Part shown: piece by piece, positions 12,815-25,390 of the stretch
Position numbering within the stretch: position 1 is the stretch's first letter
Layout: every line of letters starts with the position of its first letter
Assembly (NCBI GenBank): GCA_964016885.1
Contig: OZ024741.1
Coordinates: forward strand, 331,514,001-331,578,000
Length of the DNA: 64,000 nt
Origin: Eledone cirrhosa
Taxonomy: Eukaryota
Direction of reading: 5' to 3'
Position numbers and translations under genes: made by a program
Notes under the pieces: model-generated
What the model was told of the DNA's origin: nothing
What the model saw: the letters and a program-made list of their open reading frames with translations, nothing else
The model's database searches: none

Positions 12815-13197
12815 TGTATAAACGTTTGTATTTGTAAAGCCAAAACAATGCAGGTATGGACATAGAATATAAATACAAATGCAAAAGATATTGTTGACAA
12901 TTAGTCTTTTACCTTAAATTTATGTAAATGTCCTTAATTTTCGAGATAATATCTCTTCTTCAGAGGGAAGTAAAGCGGTTAAACCAGCGTTCTAAATAGC
13001 TGACTTGGCAAGCTATTTAGAACGCTGGTTTAACCGCTTTACTTCCCTCCGAAGAAGAGATATTATCTCGAAAATTAAGGACATTTAAATAAATTTAAGG
13101 TAAAAGACTAATTGTCAACAATATCTTTTGCATTTGCATTTATATTCTATGTCCATACCTGCATTGTTTTGGCTTTACAAATACAAATGTTTATACA
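12815..13197. mobile_element. Near-perfect ~187-bp-arm palindrome, family C, with a hammerhead in each arm
   Basis: Arms 12815-13001 and 13011-13197 with a 9-nt spacer; TA flanks. Confidence 0.85.
12932..12966 (-). ncRNA. Minimal type I hammerhead ribozyme
   Basis: CCT-CTGAAGA-A-GAGAT ATT ATCTC-GAA-AATT-A-AGG; palindromic stem III; the mirror copy at 13046-13080 has CCGAAGA. Confidence 0.75.
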
Positions 13198-13217
13198 TCA
13201 TTACATATATATATATA

Positions 13218-14497
13218 CAGGGTGCGGTCGATATTTGTTTGCAAGATTACTGTCTATGAAAAAATAACACAGTAATTTTATTTTTTAAGATATATAAGAT
13301 ATATATAAAAAAAAAAAAAAAATTTATCAAACTTGGGTCAGTTTGTCTTCATGACTTGTTCTTCGGAACCGGCTACAGGCCTTTGTCACTGTCCCCCGAC
13401 TTAGGCCCCTAAAGGCACTTGTGATCCTGGCCTTCAGATCATCTTTCGTATTGCAGCTAGATCTGTTGGTGTCTTGTTCCACTGCACCCCACACAAAGAA
13501 GTCGAGGGGGTTGCAGTCAGGCGAGCTGGGAGGCCAGATGTCAGGTGAAGTGTGGTCGATGAAGTTCTCTGACAGCCAGGATTGGGTCTTTCGGCTGGTA
13601 TGGCAGGGCGCTGAGTCTTGCTGCCACACGTACGGCCTACTTGCAGCTACCTGGTCGATCCTGGGCTTTACTACCTCGCTCAGAACGCGGAGGTAGCAAT
13701 CGGTGTTCAGCTTGAGGCCCTCAGGGAAGAAGTGAGGTGGCATGACGTCACATTGACTGCTGACGACACCTAAGACCAATGTTGTCGTTGGGAACTTTGT
13801 CTGCATGACTCTGGGCACGTCTTTGGATGAGACAGCGAGCCACCTGTTGTTCTGGGAGTTGATCATCTGGTCTTGGCAGAAGTTTTTCTGGTCGGAGAAA
13901 AACCACAGCATGTCTGGCTCCAGTGGATGTTTCAACTTGTTGATCAGCTTCTTTGCGTGCTTCAGTCGCTTATCTTGCATCGCCTTTGACAGAAATTGTC
14001 CTTTCCTCATCTTGTATGAAACGTAGCGAATGTCTTCATGTACCACCAGCCTAATGAGCTTTTCATCCACGCCTTTCTCCCTTGCAATGGCATGCATCGA
14101 CTTGCTAGGTTCATTGTTGATGATATCCTGAACTTCAGCGACGAACTCAGGTGTTCTGAAGGCGTCAGATCGTCGATCATGTGTTTTCTTCTCTGATGTT
14201 GCTTCGTAGTCGAATCCTGAATCTTCCAATTCCTTTCTGACCTTTTCTACCATTCTCCTGCTGACGCTGAGAAAGTCTGAAATTTCCTTATTTGTCCTCC
14301 CGGCGCGGATTCCAAGAAGAACTCTGTGTCTCTTCCACAAATTTGGAGGTTCAAAATTATTCATAATCAATTATTCTGAAAATAAATAATGGAAATATAG
14401 TCACTGTTTTTATGACGACAAGAGTGACAATGGAAGTAAAAAAAATTTGCATAAAATTAGCAGTTGAAAATTGCGAACAAATATCGTCCACACCCTG
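13218..14497 (-). mobile_element. Tc1/mariner DD37D (maT) DNA transposon
   Basis: 27-bp TIRs CAGGGTGCGGTCGATATTTGTTTGCAA / CAGGGTGTGGACGATATTTGTTCGCAA (24/27), TA flanks. Confidence 0.95.
13327..14370 (-). CDS. DD37D transposase, 347 aa
   Basis: N-terminal HTH-like region; WFFSD, WQQDSAPCH, SSPDCNPLDFFVWG; 37 residues between the 2nd and 3rd Asp. Confidence 0.9.
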   Translation of the reverse strand: MIMNNFEPPNLWKRHRVLLGIRAGRTNKEISDFLSVSRRMVEKVRKELEDSGFDYEATSEKKTHDRRSDAFRTPEFVAEVQDIINNEPSKSMHAIAREKGVDEKLIRLVVHEDIRYVSYKMRKGQFLSKAMQDKRLKHAKKLINKLKHPLEPDMLWFFSDQKNFCQDQMINSQNNRWLAVSSKDVPRVMQTKFPTTTLVLGVVSSQCDVMPPHFFPEGLKLNTDCYLRVLSEVVKPRIDQVAASRPYVWQQDSAPCHTSRKTQSWLSENFIDHTSPDIWPPSSPDCNPLDFFVWGAVEQDTNRSSCNTKDDLKARITSAFRGLSRGTVTKACSRFRRTSHEDKLTQV

Positions 14498-14504
14498 TAT
14501 ATAT

Positions 14505-14812
14505 ATAATAAAGAAGAAATTAAAAGATGATTAAAAGAGTTCCATATATTTTATTATGCGCATTTTGAATACAAAATCATCCTGGGACAAAAATTGTGTT
14601 CTCATCAGATAAAATAAGGTAACATGATATGAGGCATAATAGCACGTGTTTACAGGAAAGTGTTAAGTCTACATATGCACATAATAAAATATATGGAACT
14701 CTTTTAACCATCTTTTAATTTCTTCTTTATTATATATACTCCAGTTCTACCAACTGTTGAGTGCTACTTATCTGATATATGCATAGTTTTATTGTTCTAC
14801 AATGTTACTCAC
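14505..14812. mobile_element. Fold-back element family D with degenerate hammerhead and tail
   Basis: Inverted arms 14505-14563 and 14675-14735; tail contains TTCTACCAACTGTTGAGTGC. Confidence 0.7.
14547..14616 (-). ncRNA. Type I hammerhead, G12 mutated (consistent with CpG decay)
   Basis: TATTTTAT-CTGATGA-GAACACAA..TTGTATTC-(A)AA-ATGCGCAT-A-ATAAAATA; 8-bp stem I, palindromic stem III. Confidence 0.7.
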
Positions 14813-14892
14813 CTTCTACACACACACACACATTCATACATACATACATACATACATATATATATATATACTAGTTTACACCATTTTTTGGT

Positions 14893-15215
14893 GGAGGCAC
14901 ATTGGCCTTACAATCGAAAGGTTGTGAGTTCAATTCTCAGACTGGGTGATGTGTTGTTTCCTTGAGCAAGACACTTTATTTCACATTGCTCCAGTTTACT
15001 CAGCTGTAGAAATGAGATGATAGGGACTGGAGTTCATATCATTCCACTGCAAAGTGGCCGTGGAGGTGCCACGGCAAAAAAGCACCCAGCACTCACTGTA
15101 AATGAGGTTGGTGTTAGGAAGGGCATCCAGCTGTAGAAATCAAGTCAGAATCAGTTCCCGTCCCACCTTTGCAAGCAGGGAAAAGTGGACGTAAAATGAT
15201 GATGATGATGATGAT
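14893..15215 (+). mobile_element. tRNA-headed SINE with RTE-type tail
   Basis: GAGTTCAATTCTC B-box, CCTTGAGCAAGACACTT, tail GGAAGGGCATCCAGCTGTAGAAA..GGACGTAAAATGATGATG. Confidence 0.75.
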
Positions 15216-15239
15216 ATATATCTTTAAAATAAAAAATAT

Positions 15240-15452
15240 TTGTTGATCGACTTTCGTCAAATCAGACCTAGGAAACAATGTTTCTGTTGGTCTTTCCAAT
15301 TGCTAGTACTATCTATCGGTTGCAACTCCAGATAGAAGGAGCAACATGAAATAAAGTGTCTTGCTCAAGGACATAACGCATCGCCCGATCCAGGAATCGA
15401 ACTGACAACCTCCAGATTGCGAATCCAGTTCTCTAACCAATCAGCCACACGG
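15240..15452 (-). mobile_element. tRNA-headed SINE, same family as 58345-58560
   Basis: Reverse-complement homology along its whole length. Confidence 0.85.
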
Positions 15453-15894
15453 TGTGTGTGTGTATATATAAATATATGTATTCTAATACATACCATCATT
15501 GCTGAAGGATGATTGTTCACTCAGATACAACTATGTTGGCCAATTTAGAATCAACCAGACCAGTCCACTCCAGTCACTGACAGAATATTTGCTATCTCTC
15601 AGAATAAGAATGAAGGAGGGATGCTATGTTAGTTGGTTAGTTGGTCTATGTTGTGTTAAAGCATTGAACTCCATCTTAAATGAACAGTTTATATGACAAC
15701 ATTCTCACTTTAACACATTGATGCAACACTTTTTTCAAATTTTCTTTATCACTTTAGATACAAAACACCTGAAACTGTCTCAGATTTTATGATAAAAAAC
15801 AGTATATTTTTAAAGTGTTTATATTTATCTAAAAACCTTCCATCATTATTTTATGTAAGTACATTTAAGTTATATTCCAAATACCAGTTTAATA

Positions 15895-16248
15895 ATGGTT
15901 TCTGATTTAGACACAAGGCCAACAATTTTGGGGAAGGGGAAAGTTGATTAAATCAATCCCAGTCTGTTACTGGTACTTTATTTTAGTGACCCTATAAAGA
16001 TAAAAGGCAAAGCTAACCTCAGTGGAATTTGAATTCAGAACATAAAGGGCCATAATTTAATAATTGTTTCTACTTTTGGCACAAGGCCAGCAATTACCCA
16101 GTGTATTACTGGTACTTTATTTTATCGACCCTGTAAAGATGAAAGGCAAAGTTAACCTCGGCAGGATTTGAACTCCGAATGGCAAGGGCCGTAACTCAAT
16201 GCATCAAAGCATGGGCGTCCGACCCTCTACCGATACTGCCAATCCACC
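15895..16248 (-). mobile_element. Two tandem tRNA-headed SINE copies (Meta-domain-like)
   Basis: CTGGTACTTTATTTTA..GACCCT..AAAGGCAAAG.TAACCTC..GGA.TTGAA occurs twice. Confidence 0.8.
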
Positions 16249-17472
16249 TAATTTAATAATGAGTCCAAATTCTTGATTATTTTCAAAATTATTTGAAATT
16301 TATTGGCTTTAGAAATATTGTATTAAATAAAATATTTAAAATATTTATATTTATCTCAAAACCTTCCAATTTTACATAAGAACCAAATCTATGAAAGTTA
16401 TGCTCCAAACACCAGTTTAATAATGAGAAAGTTAGTTATATTATTAAAACCTACCAAATTGCTGATTATATTCAAATGTATTCCAAAATTGCAAGCCCTA
16501 TCTTTGATTAGAAATGAAGTAATGAAAGGGTTAAAGAGTTTCTATTTAAATTAAAATCTTCCAACATAATTTTATATATGAACCATATATTAACTATCTT
16601 AGAGATGAAATAATTAATAATTTTATTAAATCCTTCAAAATCCTTCCATAATCAATTTAAAAATAGACTGTATTTCATTAGCAGTATCGTCACAACCATC
16701 ATTATAAGACATAATGAATCCAACCCCCAACCATTGTCCTGAGATATAAATCAGAGCATCTCCATCTTTATGTGATGTGAACAGATTGAAAATGTTTTGA
16801 AGGCTGTCTAAATCTGTCTGTTCATCAAACCTGTTCTCACTGAAGGAAGGGAAGAGGATAAAGAAAAGAAATAAAAGATCCCTATTTTCTCTTATTTCTC
16901 TCCTTCCATTCTTCAACTGTCAGAAGATATTTGTGATTTATATATATATATATATATGTGTGTGTTTGTGTATATGTGTTTTGAAATAAAGATATTCTCT
17001 CATCTATAAAAATGCTATTTTCCCTATCTGTGTATATCCTTATTTTGTATGCGCTACACATCAATATATAGAGATTTCCCCTCATCTATACCTACACCAA
17101 TGGGGATTAGTTCTCGCTTCCCTTTCTCTCTCTCTCCACCTCTCCGCCTCTCTCAGAAATATGTATGTATACATATAAATAAACATATATTACTATATAT
17201 ACATCTAGATAAATAAATATATAGAAATTTGTATATAAACATATAAATATATATATATATAAATATATACATATCTATACATATAAATAAATATGTATAT
17301 ATAAATATGTATATATAAATATGTATATATAAATATGTATATATAAATATGTATATATAAATATGTATATATAAATATGTATATATAAATATGTATATAT
17401 ATATATACACACACACACACACATATATATATATATGGATAAATATGCATAATATATATAAATAAATAAATA

Positions 17473-17514
<42 letters not shown>

Positions 17515-17616
17515 TATTTTTATGAGAAACTTAAAAGCTTCATAAATTTTTTTGAGAATAGAAAAATAGTGTAAATAATAGGGCATATAAACCCCCTTCA
17601 CAAGAAAAATTGACAT

Positions 17617-17685
17617 TACTCCTGCAGGACTCAAACCCACACCTTCATGCTTGCTGGGCAGCTATGCTACCATTACACCAAAGTA
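17617..17685 (-). pseudogene. tRNA-like sequence (tRNA pseudogene or SINE head)
   Basis: TGGTGTAATGGTAGCAT D-arm/A-box, GGGTTTGAGTCC T-arm/B-box, TACTTT/GGAGTA acceptor-like ends; imperfect anticodon stem. Confidence 0.45.
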
Positions 17686-18041
17686 TTGTCACATAATATT
17701 CCATTACTCTCTCTCACTCTATATCTATCTACCTACCTTCTCCCTCTCTATCTATCTACATATCACTCTCACTCTCTCTCTCTATCTATTTACATATCAC
17801 TCTCACTCACACACTCTCTATCTACCTATCACTCAATCTATCTACCTATCACTCTTACTCTCTCTCTCTCACTCTCTCTCTCTCTCTCTCTCTCTCTGTA
17901 AATCTATATTCCACACTTGCTACACATTAATAAATATACTGTCTGCCCACTTACACCACTGGGATTAGTTTTTTTCTCTTCCTCTTCACTCTCTCTACTG
18001 CCATCTCCCCCACAGAGACCAATTATACATACATATATATG

Positions 18042-18212
18042 TATTTTAATTTTGTCTCATATAAAATAATACAACTGGCTATCCACAAAATACGTATAGT
18101 TAGCACCCCAAACGTATAACTGGGATTATACTAAGGTATATCCTAATGTTTGTTGAGTGAGACGGAAGCCGGTCAGAGTATTGCTTAAAGCTTTCTCTGT
18201 TAATGTATTAAA
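18042..18212 (+). mobile_element. 3' tail of hammerhead element family E
   Basis: Near-identical reverse complement of 41900-42070; TA flanks. Confidence 0.8.
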
Positions 18213-18230
18213 TATATATAAATATATATA

Positions 18231-18432
18231 AGGAAGGAATTGTGGTAAGGAACCAGATGGACCATAACGCACCAAAGTACTCAATACTTAGTGTAGTAGA
18301 GTGGGTAATAGGAAAAGGTAAGACCCCGACGGCAGAGCGCAAGCCGTTTCGACGGCTATTTCTGACAGCTATTTCTAGTCCAGAAATAGCCGTCGAAACG
18401 GCTTGAGCTCTGCCGTCGGGGTCATACCTTTT

Positions 18433-18436
<4 letters not shown>
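18231..18436 (-). mobile_element. Fold-back element family B, copy 2
   Basis: Homologous to 10929-11118; palindrome 18308-18436. Confidence 0.8.
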
Positions 18437-18480
<44 letters not shown>

Positions 18481-19375
18481 GTCTATTTATATATATACAC
18501 ATATAGCCTCCACCACCTTCTCCATAGAGAACAATTCTACTACCCCCTCTCTCTCTCTCTCTTTCTTTTCTCCCCTTCAGTCTCACCCTTCCTACATTCT
18601 ATATATACACATATAGCCTCCACCACCTCCTCCACAGAGACCAATTCTACTACCCCCTCTCTCTCTCTTCTTCCTCCTCCTCTCACCAATTAATGCTCCC
18701 CCTCCCCACACCTCACTGTTTCTATGTATCTACATATAGTGCCGCCCCTCCTCCTTCCATCACAGTCATCAATTCTTTCCTTTGTCTCTCTCCTCCCCTT
18801 CTGATCCTCTGTCTATTCCTCCCACTATCCCCTAACTCTCTTCTCTTTCATTCTGTTTCTCTCTCTCTCACTCTCCTACTCTCTGTCTATATCTACATAT
18901 AACCCCCCCCTCTCCTTCCATTCTTTCCTCTCTTTCACTTTCTTCCTCTGATTCTCTCTCTGTTCATCCCACCCCTCTCTCTCTCTCTCTCTCTCCCTGT
19001 CTATATCTACATTTAGATCTCACTGCCTTCATCACAGGGACTAATCATTTCCACTCTCTCTCTCTCTCTCGCTCTCTCTCCTCTCCATCTCTCTCAAACT
19101 CTCTCTCCATTCTCTTTTTCTTTTTCTCCTCCCTTCCTTCCATCCTTTCACTTTCTCTCCATATCTATCATCTATCTAATCAATCAATAAATCTATCTAT
19201 GTCTGTATGTCTACCTGCCTCTCTGTCTGTCTATCTCTTTGTCTCTCTGTCTATCTCTCTGTCTTATGCATTTTAAATTTTCTTTTTGGTCAATTACCCT
19301 TTCTCTATGCATTGCTTTTTCTTCCGCATCCCCTCTCTCCCTCTCCCTCTATCTCTCTCTCTATATATAGATAGC

Positions 19376-19409
<34 letters not shown>

Positions 19410-19483
19410 TGTATGTATGTATGTATGTATGTATGTATGTATGTATGTATGTATGTATCCACTCTATATATGTATGTATGTAT

Positions 19484-20040
19484 GTACAACCTGTCTCATG
19501 GTCGGGTCGTTGGCGACTAAACTGGCAACCCCACCAAGGTTTCTTGGTGAGGAGGGTGACTTTGGACATCCTGCAGGACTAAAAACAAAACCTGTCAAAG
19601 GGCAAAGGAGCTCTTAAGAGTCAATGGCCATCCAAAATCACCGGAGAGATGACCCCTTAGCCTTTGTCAAGGCAGAATTCTAGGAGAAGGAAAACTCTGA
19701 TATAACACCTGCAACCCTGATGGTATCCAATGATGTTGACTTGTTCTTCTTTTTGGTAAATATCATCTTGGTTAAGAGAGTGGGACTGGCTTTGTGCAGT
19801 GCCTTTGCTCACTATAAAAGCTTCACGGCACAGGCATTGCTTTATATCTGGAGATCTCTCTGCACTTGTCGTCACATGGTACCAAAGGTAAAGCACTATG
19901 TGTCAATAATTGTCACAGGTGTAGTGTTTGTACCAGAGTTTTCAAGTCGCTGGCTGGACTAAAAAGTCACACTCGTTCAGCGCATCGGTAGGGGTTCTCC
20001 TACATGGATATAAAGTAGTGGCCGTACTCGAAAACGAGTT
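19484..20040 (+). mobile_element. Non-autonomous ~560-bp structured repeat in (ATGT)n
   Basis: Highly similar to 22738-23290; TCTAGGAGAAGGAAAACTCTGA motif; 3' hairpin ACTCG AAAA CGAGT. Confidence 0.8.
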
Positions 20041-20281
20041 TATGTATGTATGTATGCACTCTATATATGTATGTAGCTGTATGTATGTAGCTATATATGT
20101 ATGTATGTATGTAGCTATATATGTATGTATGTATGCACTCTATATATATATGTATGTAGCTATATATGTATGTAGCTATATATGTATGTATGCACTCACA
20201 CAAGCACTCACATGCACACACACGCACCCCCCATATATATATATATATGGGGGGTGTGTGCATGTGTGTGCATGTGAGTGC

Positions 20282-20317
<36 letters not shown>

Positions 20318-20735
20318 GGGGGTGTGTGTGCATGTGAGTGCTTGTGTGAGTGCATACATACATACATATATAGCTACATACTTATATATATAGAGTGCAT
20401 ATATACATACATACATATATAGACATAAATATATATATATCAAACTTTCTGTCTATTTTCTATATTTTCCTGTCACACATTTAAAAAAACCAGCATTGCC
20501 CTTCAGGTATTTTAAGAGCGGTGGGTTGAAAAATAGTCTCTAATTATAGGTAGAGAAGTGTAAAAAATATATTTATTACTGAACAAAACTCCAAGAATTG
20601 TGTTCATATGTGGAAAGGCAGTTTTTTTGTTTGTATGTAAGAGTAAATGTAGATTGGTGTATGTCTATATATTTCTGTATGTGTATGTATGTACATTTAC
20701 ACACACACACACACATATATATACATATATACATA

Positions 20736-20779
<44 letters not shown>

Positions 20780-20782
20780 ATG

Positions 20783-20829
<47 letters not shown>

Positions 20830-20841
20830 TATATATGTGTG

Positions 20842-20886
<45 letters not shown>

Positions 20887-21530
20887 ATATATATATGTGT
20901 ATGTGTGGGGGGTGTATATGATTTAGAAACAACGAGAACAACTACAACAATAATAACAATCTGACCCCCCCCCCCAAAAAAAAATACCCCCCCCCCCCGC
21001 GCAAGAAAACAAAAACAAAACAAAAATAAAATTGAAAAATAAAAGCCAAAATAGAAAGAACAATAATAGAAATAAGAAATGAAAATAAAAGACTATAAAC
21101 AAAGGAGAAATCCCCACCCACTAAAAAAAAAACCCCACTCACTCAACATCCCTGCCACCTCTGACAACCTAAGGATATTGGAAATGTTTATATATGAAGA
21201 TTGGGAAGCCCATCTCCACTGTTTCTGGTGCTGTGGTTATGGTGGTGATACTGATGATGGTGGTGATGTTGATTGTGGTGGTGATGGTGATGGTGGTGGT
21301 GATGTTGATGGTGGTGGAGATTGTGGTGGTGGTGGTGGTAGTGGTGGAGGAAGGGGAGAAAGAGTAGAAAAGAAAATTGGTGGTATGTGTACAGAGGTGC
21401 TTTCTCTCTCTTGCACTCTCTCTTTCTTTCTCTCTCTCTCTTTATATATATATATATAATATATATATACATATATACATATATATACATATGTTATATA
21501 TATATATGTTATATATACATATGTTATATA

Positions 21531-21592
<62 letters not shown>

Positions 21593-21625
21593 TATGTATG
21601 TATATGTATATATATGTACATACAT

Positions 21626-21679
<54 letters not shown>

Positions 21680-21773
21680 ATGTATGTATATGTATATATA
21701 TATATGTACACACACATATATATATATGTACATATGTATGTATATGTATATATATGTAAATAATACACATATA

Positions 21774-21807
<34 letters not shown>

Positions 21808-21817
21808 CATATATACA

Positions 21818-21852
<35 letters not shown>

Positions 21853-22001
21853 ACATATGTATATGTATATATATATATATATATATGTATACATATATAT
21901 TTATATACACACACACACACACACACATATATATATGCATGTGTATGTATATATATATATATATATACATATATATATGTATGTGAATATATATAGAGAT
22001 A

Positions 22002-22090
<89 letters not shown>

Positions 22091-22699
22091 TTGTAAATAT
22101 ATATATATATATATGTATATATGTATATATATGTATACATGTTTACCTTGCCTGCTATCAACTTGGAGTTTATTTTTTTCAACTGACATTGGGTTGTCTT
22201 GTTGAAACAATATTATCAATCATCACAATGATATTTTGGTAAACATATACATAGATTATTGGGGAACTGTTTTGCTGCGTTACACATGTGTGTGTATGTG
22301 TGTGTGTCTGTGAGTGTGTGTGTATATTGTATGTGTAAGTGTGAGAGTCTGTACATTGTATGTATGTATGTGTAAATGTGTATTGTATGTGTGATGTTTG
22401 TGTGTGTACTGAAATGTATGTATGTATGTATGTGTGTTGTATGTATGTACGTGTATATGTGTGTTCTATCTGTATATGAATGAATATATGATGTTTGTGT
22501 GTGTAGTGAAATGTATGTATGTATCTATATGTGTTGTATGTATGTACGTGTATATGTGTGTTCTATGTGTATATGAATGAATATATGTATGTGTGTTGTA
22601 TGTATGTATGAATGAATATATGTATGTACCTATGTATGTGTGTGTTGTATAGGAATATATGTATGTATCTATGTATGTATGTAATGTATTATATTATGT

Positions 22700-23303
22700 C
22701 AGGTCACCAGTTGGTGCTACTGGTAACATGTATGCCAGTACAACCTGTCTCATGGTCGGGTCGTTGGCGACTAAACTGGCAACCCCACCAAGGTTTCTTG
22801 GTGAGGAGGGTGACTTTGGACATCCTGCAGGACTAAAAACAAAACCTGTCAAAGGGCAAAGGAGCTCTTAAGAATCAATGGCCATCCAAAATCACCGGGA
22901 GAGATGAACCCTTAGCCTTTGTCAAGGCAGAATTCTAGGGGAAGGAAAACTCTGATATAACACCTGCAACCCTGATGGTATCCAATGATGTTGACTTGTT
23001 CTTCTTTTTGGTAAATATCATCTTGGTTAAGAGAGTGGGACTGGCTTTGTGCAGTGCCTTTGCTCACTATAAAAGCTTCACGGCACAGGCATTGCTTTAT
23101 ATCTGGAGATCTCTCTGCACTTGTCGTCACATGGTACCATGGGCCCAGCACTGTCAATAATTGTCACAAGTGTAGTGTTTGTACCAGAGTTTCCAAGTTG
23201 CTGGCTGGACTAAAAAGTCACACTTGTTCAGCGCATCAGTAGGGGTTCTTCTACATGGATATAAAGTAGTGGCCGTACTCGAAAACGAGTTGGCAGCCAC
23301 CAT
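22700..23303 (+). mobile_element. Non-autonomous ~600-bp structured repeat, fuller copy
   Basis: Same family as 19484-20040, with 5' multi-hairpin and 3' stem-loop. Confidence 0.8.
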
Positions 23304-23373
23304 GTAATGTATATGTATTGTATGTATGTATATATGTATGTATGTGTGTGTTGTATGTATATGTAAGTATATG

Positions 23374-23407
<34 letters not shown>

Positions 23408-23499
23408 TGTATGTATGTATGTATGTATGTATGTATGTATGTATGTGTGTTGTATGTATGTATGAATATTTCTCTTTCTCTTAATTTCAAGTACTTTTT

Positions 23500-25390
23500 T
23501 GACCGGCCACCTTACTGGTGGGAAGGTTGGAAAAGAAAAGAAATTGTCCTTCCTTGAATATTTTGCAAATTTTGAAGGTGTCAGCCATCGCTGCCATTTG
23601 TAGTCTTATGAATTAGGGAGCTGTGTTCTTTGTCCACAAATCCAAGTTCAGTTATACTTTGGTCCAAGCAGGTTGGTATATAAGCTGTAGCTCCAAAAAT
23701 GATGGATATGAAACTGAAGGTGTATCTTGGATATTGGATCTGCAAACTCTTCATCATTGGTCCGTAGATGTCCTCCTTCTCTTGTATTTTTCTTACAACC
23801 TTTATATCAAGTGGGCAGCTGATCTCTACAACAGAGCACATTTTCAATGTGTGGTCCCAAACAACAATATCAGGCTGGTTGTGCTTTAATTTGGTGGCAG
23901 TTTTTAATTTCAGGTTCCACCAGTATTCTTTAGTGCCATTTATCTCAACATATTCCTCCTCATTTGTTTTTAATTTTGTTTTCCTAAATGCATTCCAGAT
24001 GGTTCTAGCTATGCCATCGTGTCTCATAGGGAGGTAGTAATAAGACAATATTCTTTCTCAGTTGGCAACAATGTGGCTAATAACTTTAATCTTTGTTTTA
24101 CAAAGCCTACTGATGGCCCTCCTCTTTTATGTAGTAGACATTTGGTAGGGATTTCTTATTCCTGTGTTGCATAGAGATATCCTTTAAGGTGGGATGTCAT
24201 AAACTTGTCGGAACTCCATGCCAGGATTTTTGAATGATTTGTCCCCTCTATGGTCTGTGTTTTTGTCTCAGGTACCCATGCACAACTTTCTCTGTAAATT
24301 GGTCGATTTTTTTTATCTTGTTCAAACCTTGAATTGGATCATCCAATTTCCCTGGGAGAGAGATTTATATCTCCTCCAGATCAATGGCTATCCTAATGGT
24401 ATTATTTCATTCATGCTAATAAACCTGGGCAAGATGGTTTCTGACCTTTTTCTTCTATTGAAGATGTTGCTTCAGTATTACTATCCGGGTCTCGTATGAT
24501 GTTAATATGGATTTTAGACCCTGGCCACCTTCCTAGCATGAGAAGTATAACCTATCCACATCACCATTGATGTTAAAGTTTCCAATAACACTGTGAAGCT
24601 TGTGAGTTTTTACATCCATTGCACTTAGTTCTTGCAATGACCAATTCAGCAGGCCAAATGTTGGCGTTGGGATTGGCACAGCATAAGTATTGTGGGCAAT
24701 GTATTTGTTGTACATTGATAGTTCTGATGACCATATTTTCTTTACTCTCTTGAGGTATTCAGTTCTGGTTTTCTCCTTATTTATGGGTCCATCATATCTG
24801 ACATTCTCATCCTGTCCAAGATATCTGTAGTTGTCACCTGACTGTAGAGGTTGTATTGTCAAGCCGTTCATCTCTAGATTTCCAGAGGAGGACACAACCC
24901 TTCTTCATTTTACTGTCAAATATGCACATTTGGACTCACCAAATTTCATTCTGATGTCTGCAGAAAATTGTGTAATGAGATCCAATTGTTTTTTGATATA
25001 GTTGGTATTTGGCCCATATAACTTCAGGTCATCAACAAAGAAAAGATGGGAGATACTTCTGGACCCACTTCTATGACAACTTTGTTTTGTGAGCAGGTAT
25101 GATAGTGGGTTTAGTGAGAGGACGAAGAGCAGTACTGATAAGCTATCACCCTGAAAGATGCCTTTCTGGTAGTGTATTGTATCAGTCTTAATTTGTTCCT
25201 CATTACCCCTAAGGATCAAATTGGTGTACCAGTTCTTGGTCAGACTTTCAGCAGCAGCTACTAGTGGTTGTGGGACTTTGGCTAACTGTAAAGCCTTAAT
25301 AATCCACCCATGAGGTGCACTAACAAAAACCTTCTGATAGTTCAGCCACACCTCAGTCATGTTCCTGCAATTCTTTGCTGTTTTTTCCTA
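23500..25390 (-). pseudogene. Decayed RLE-type non-LTR retrotransposon (RT + RLE, frameshifted)
   Basis: KGIFQGDSLS, HLFFVDDLKLY, YRYLG, DVDRLY, RHD, QPDIVVWD..VVEISCP..EK in successive broken ORFs. Confidence 0.9.

Noticed and set aside
12815-13197. Classical MITE interpretation of the palindromes
   Set aside because: No transposase-family terminal signature; embedded hammerhead cores, and asymmetric tails in related families, fit inverted pLTRs better
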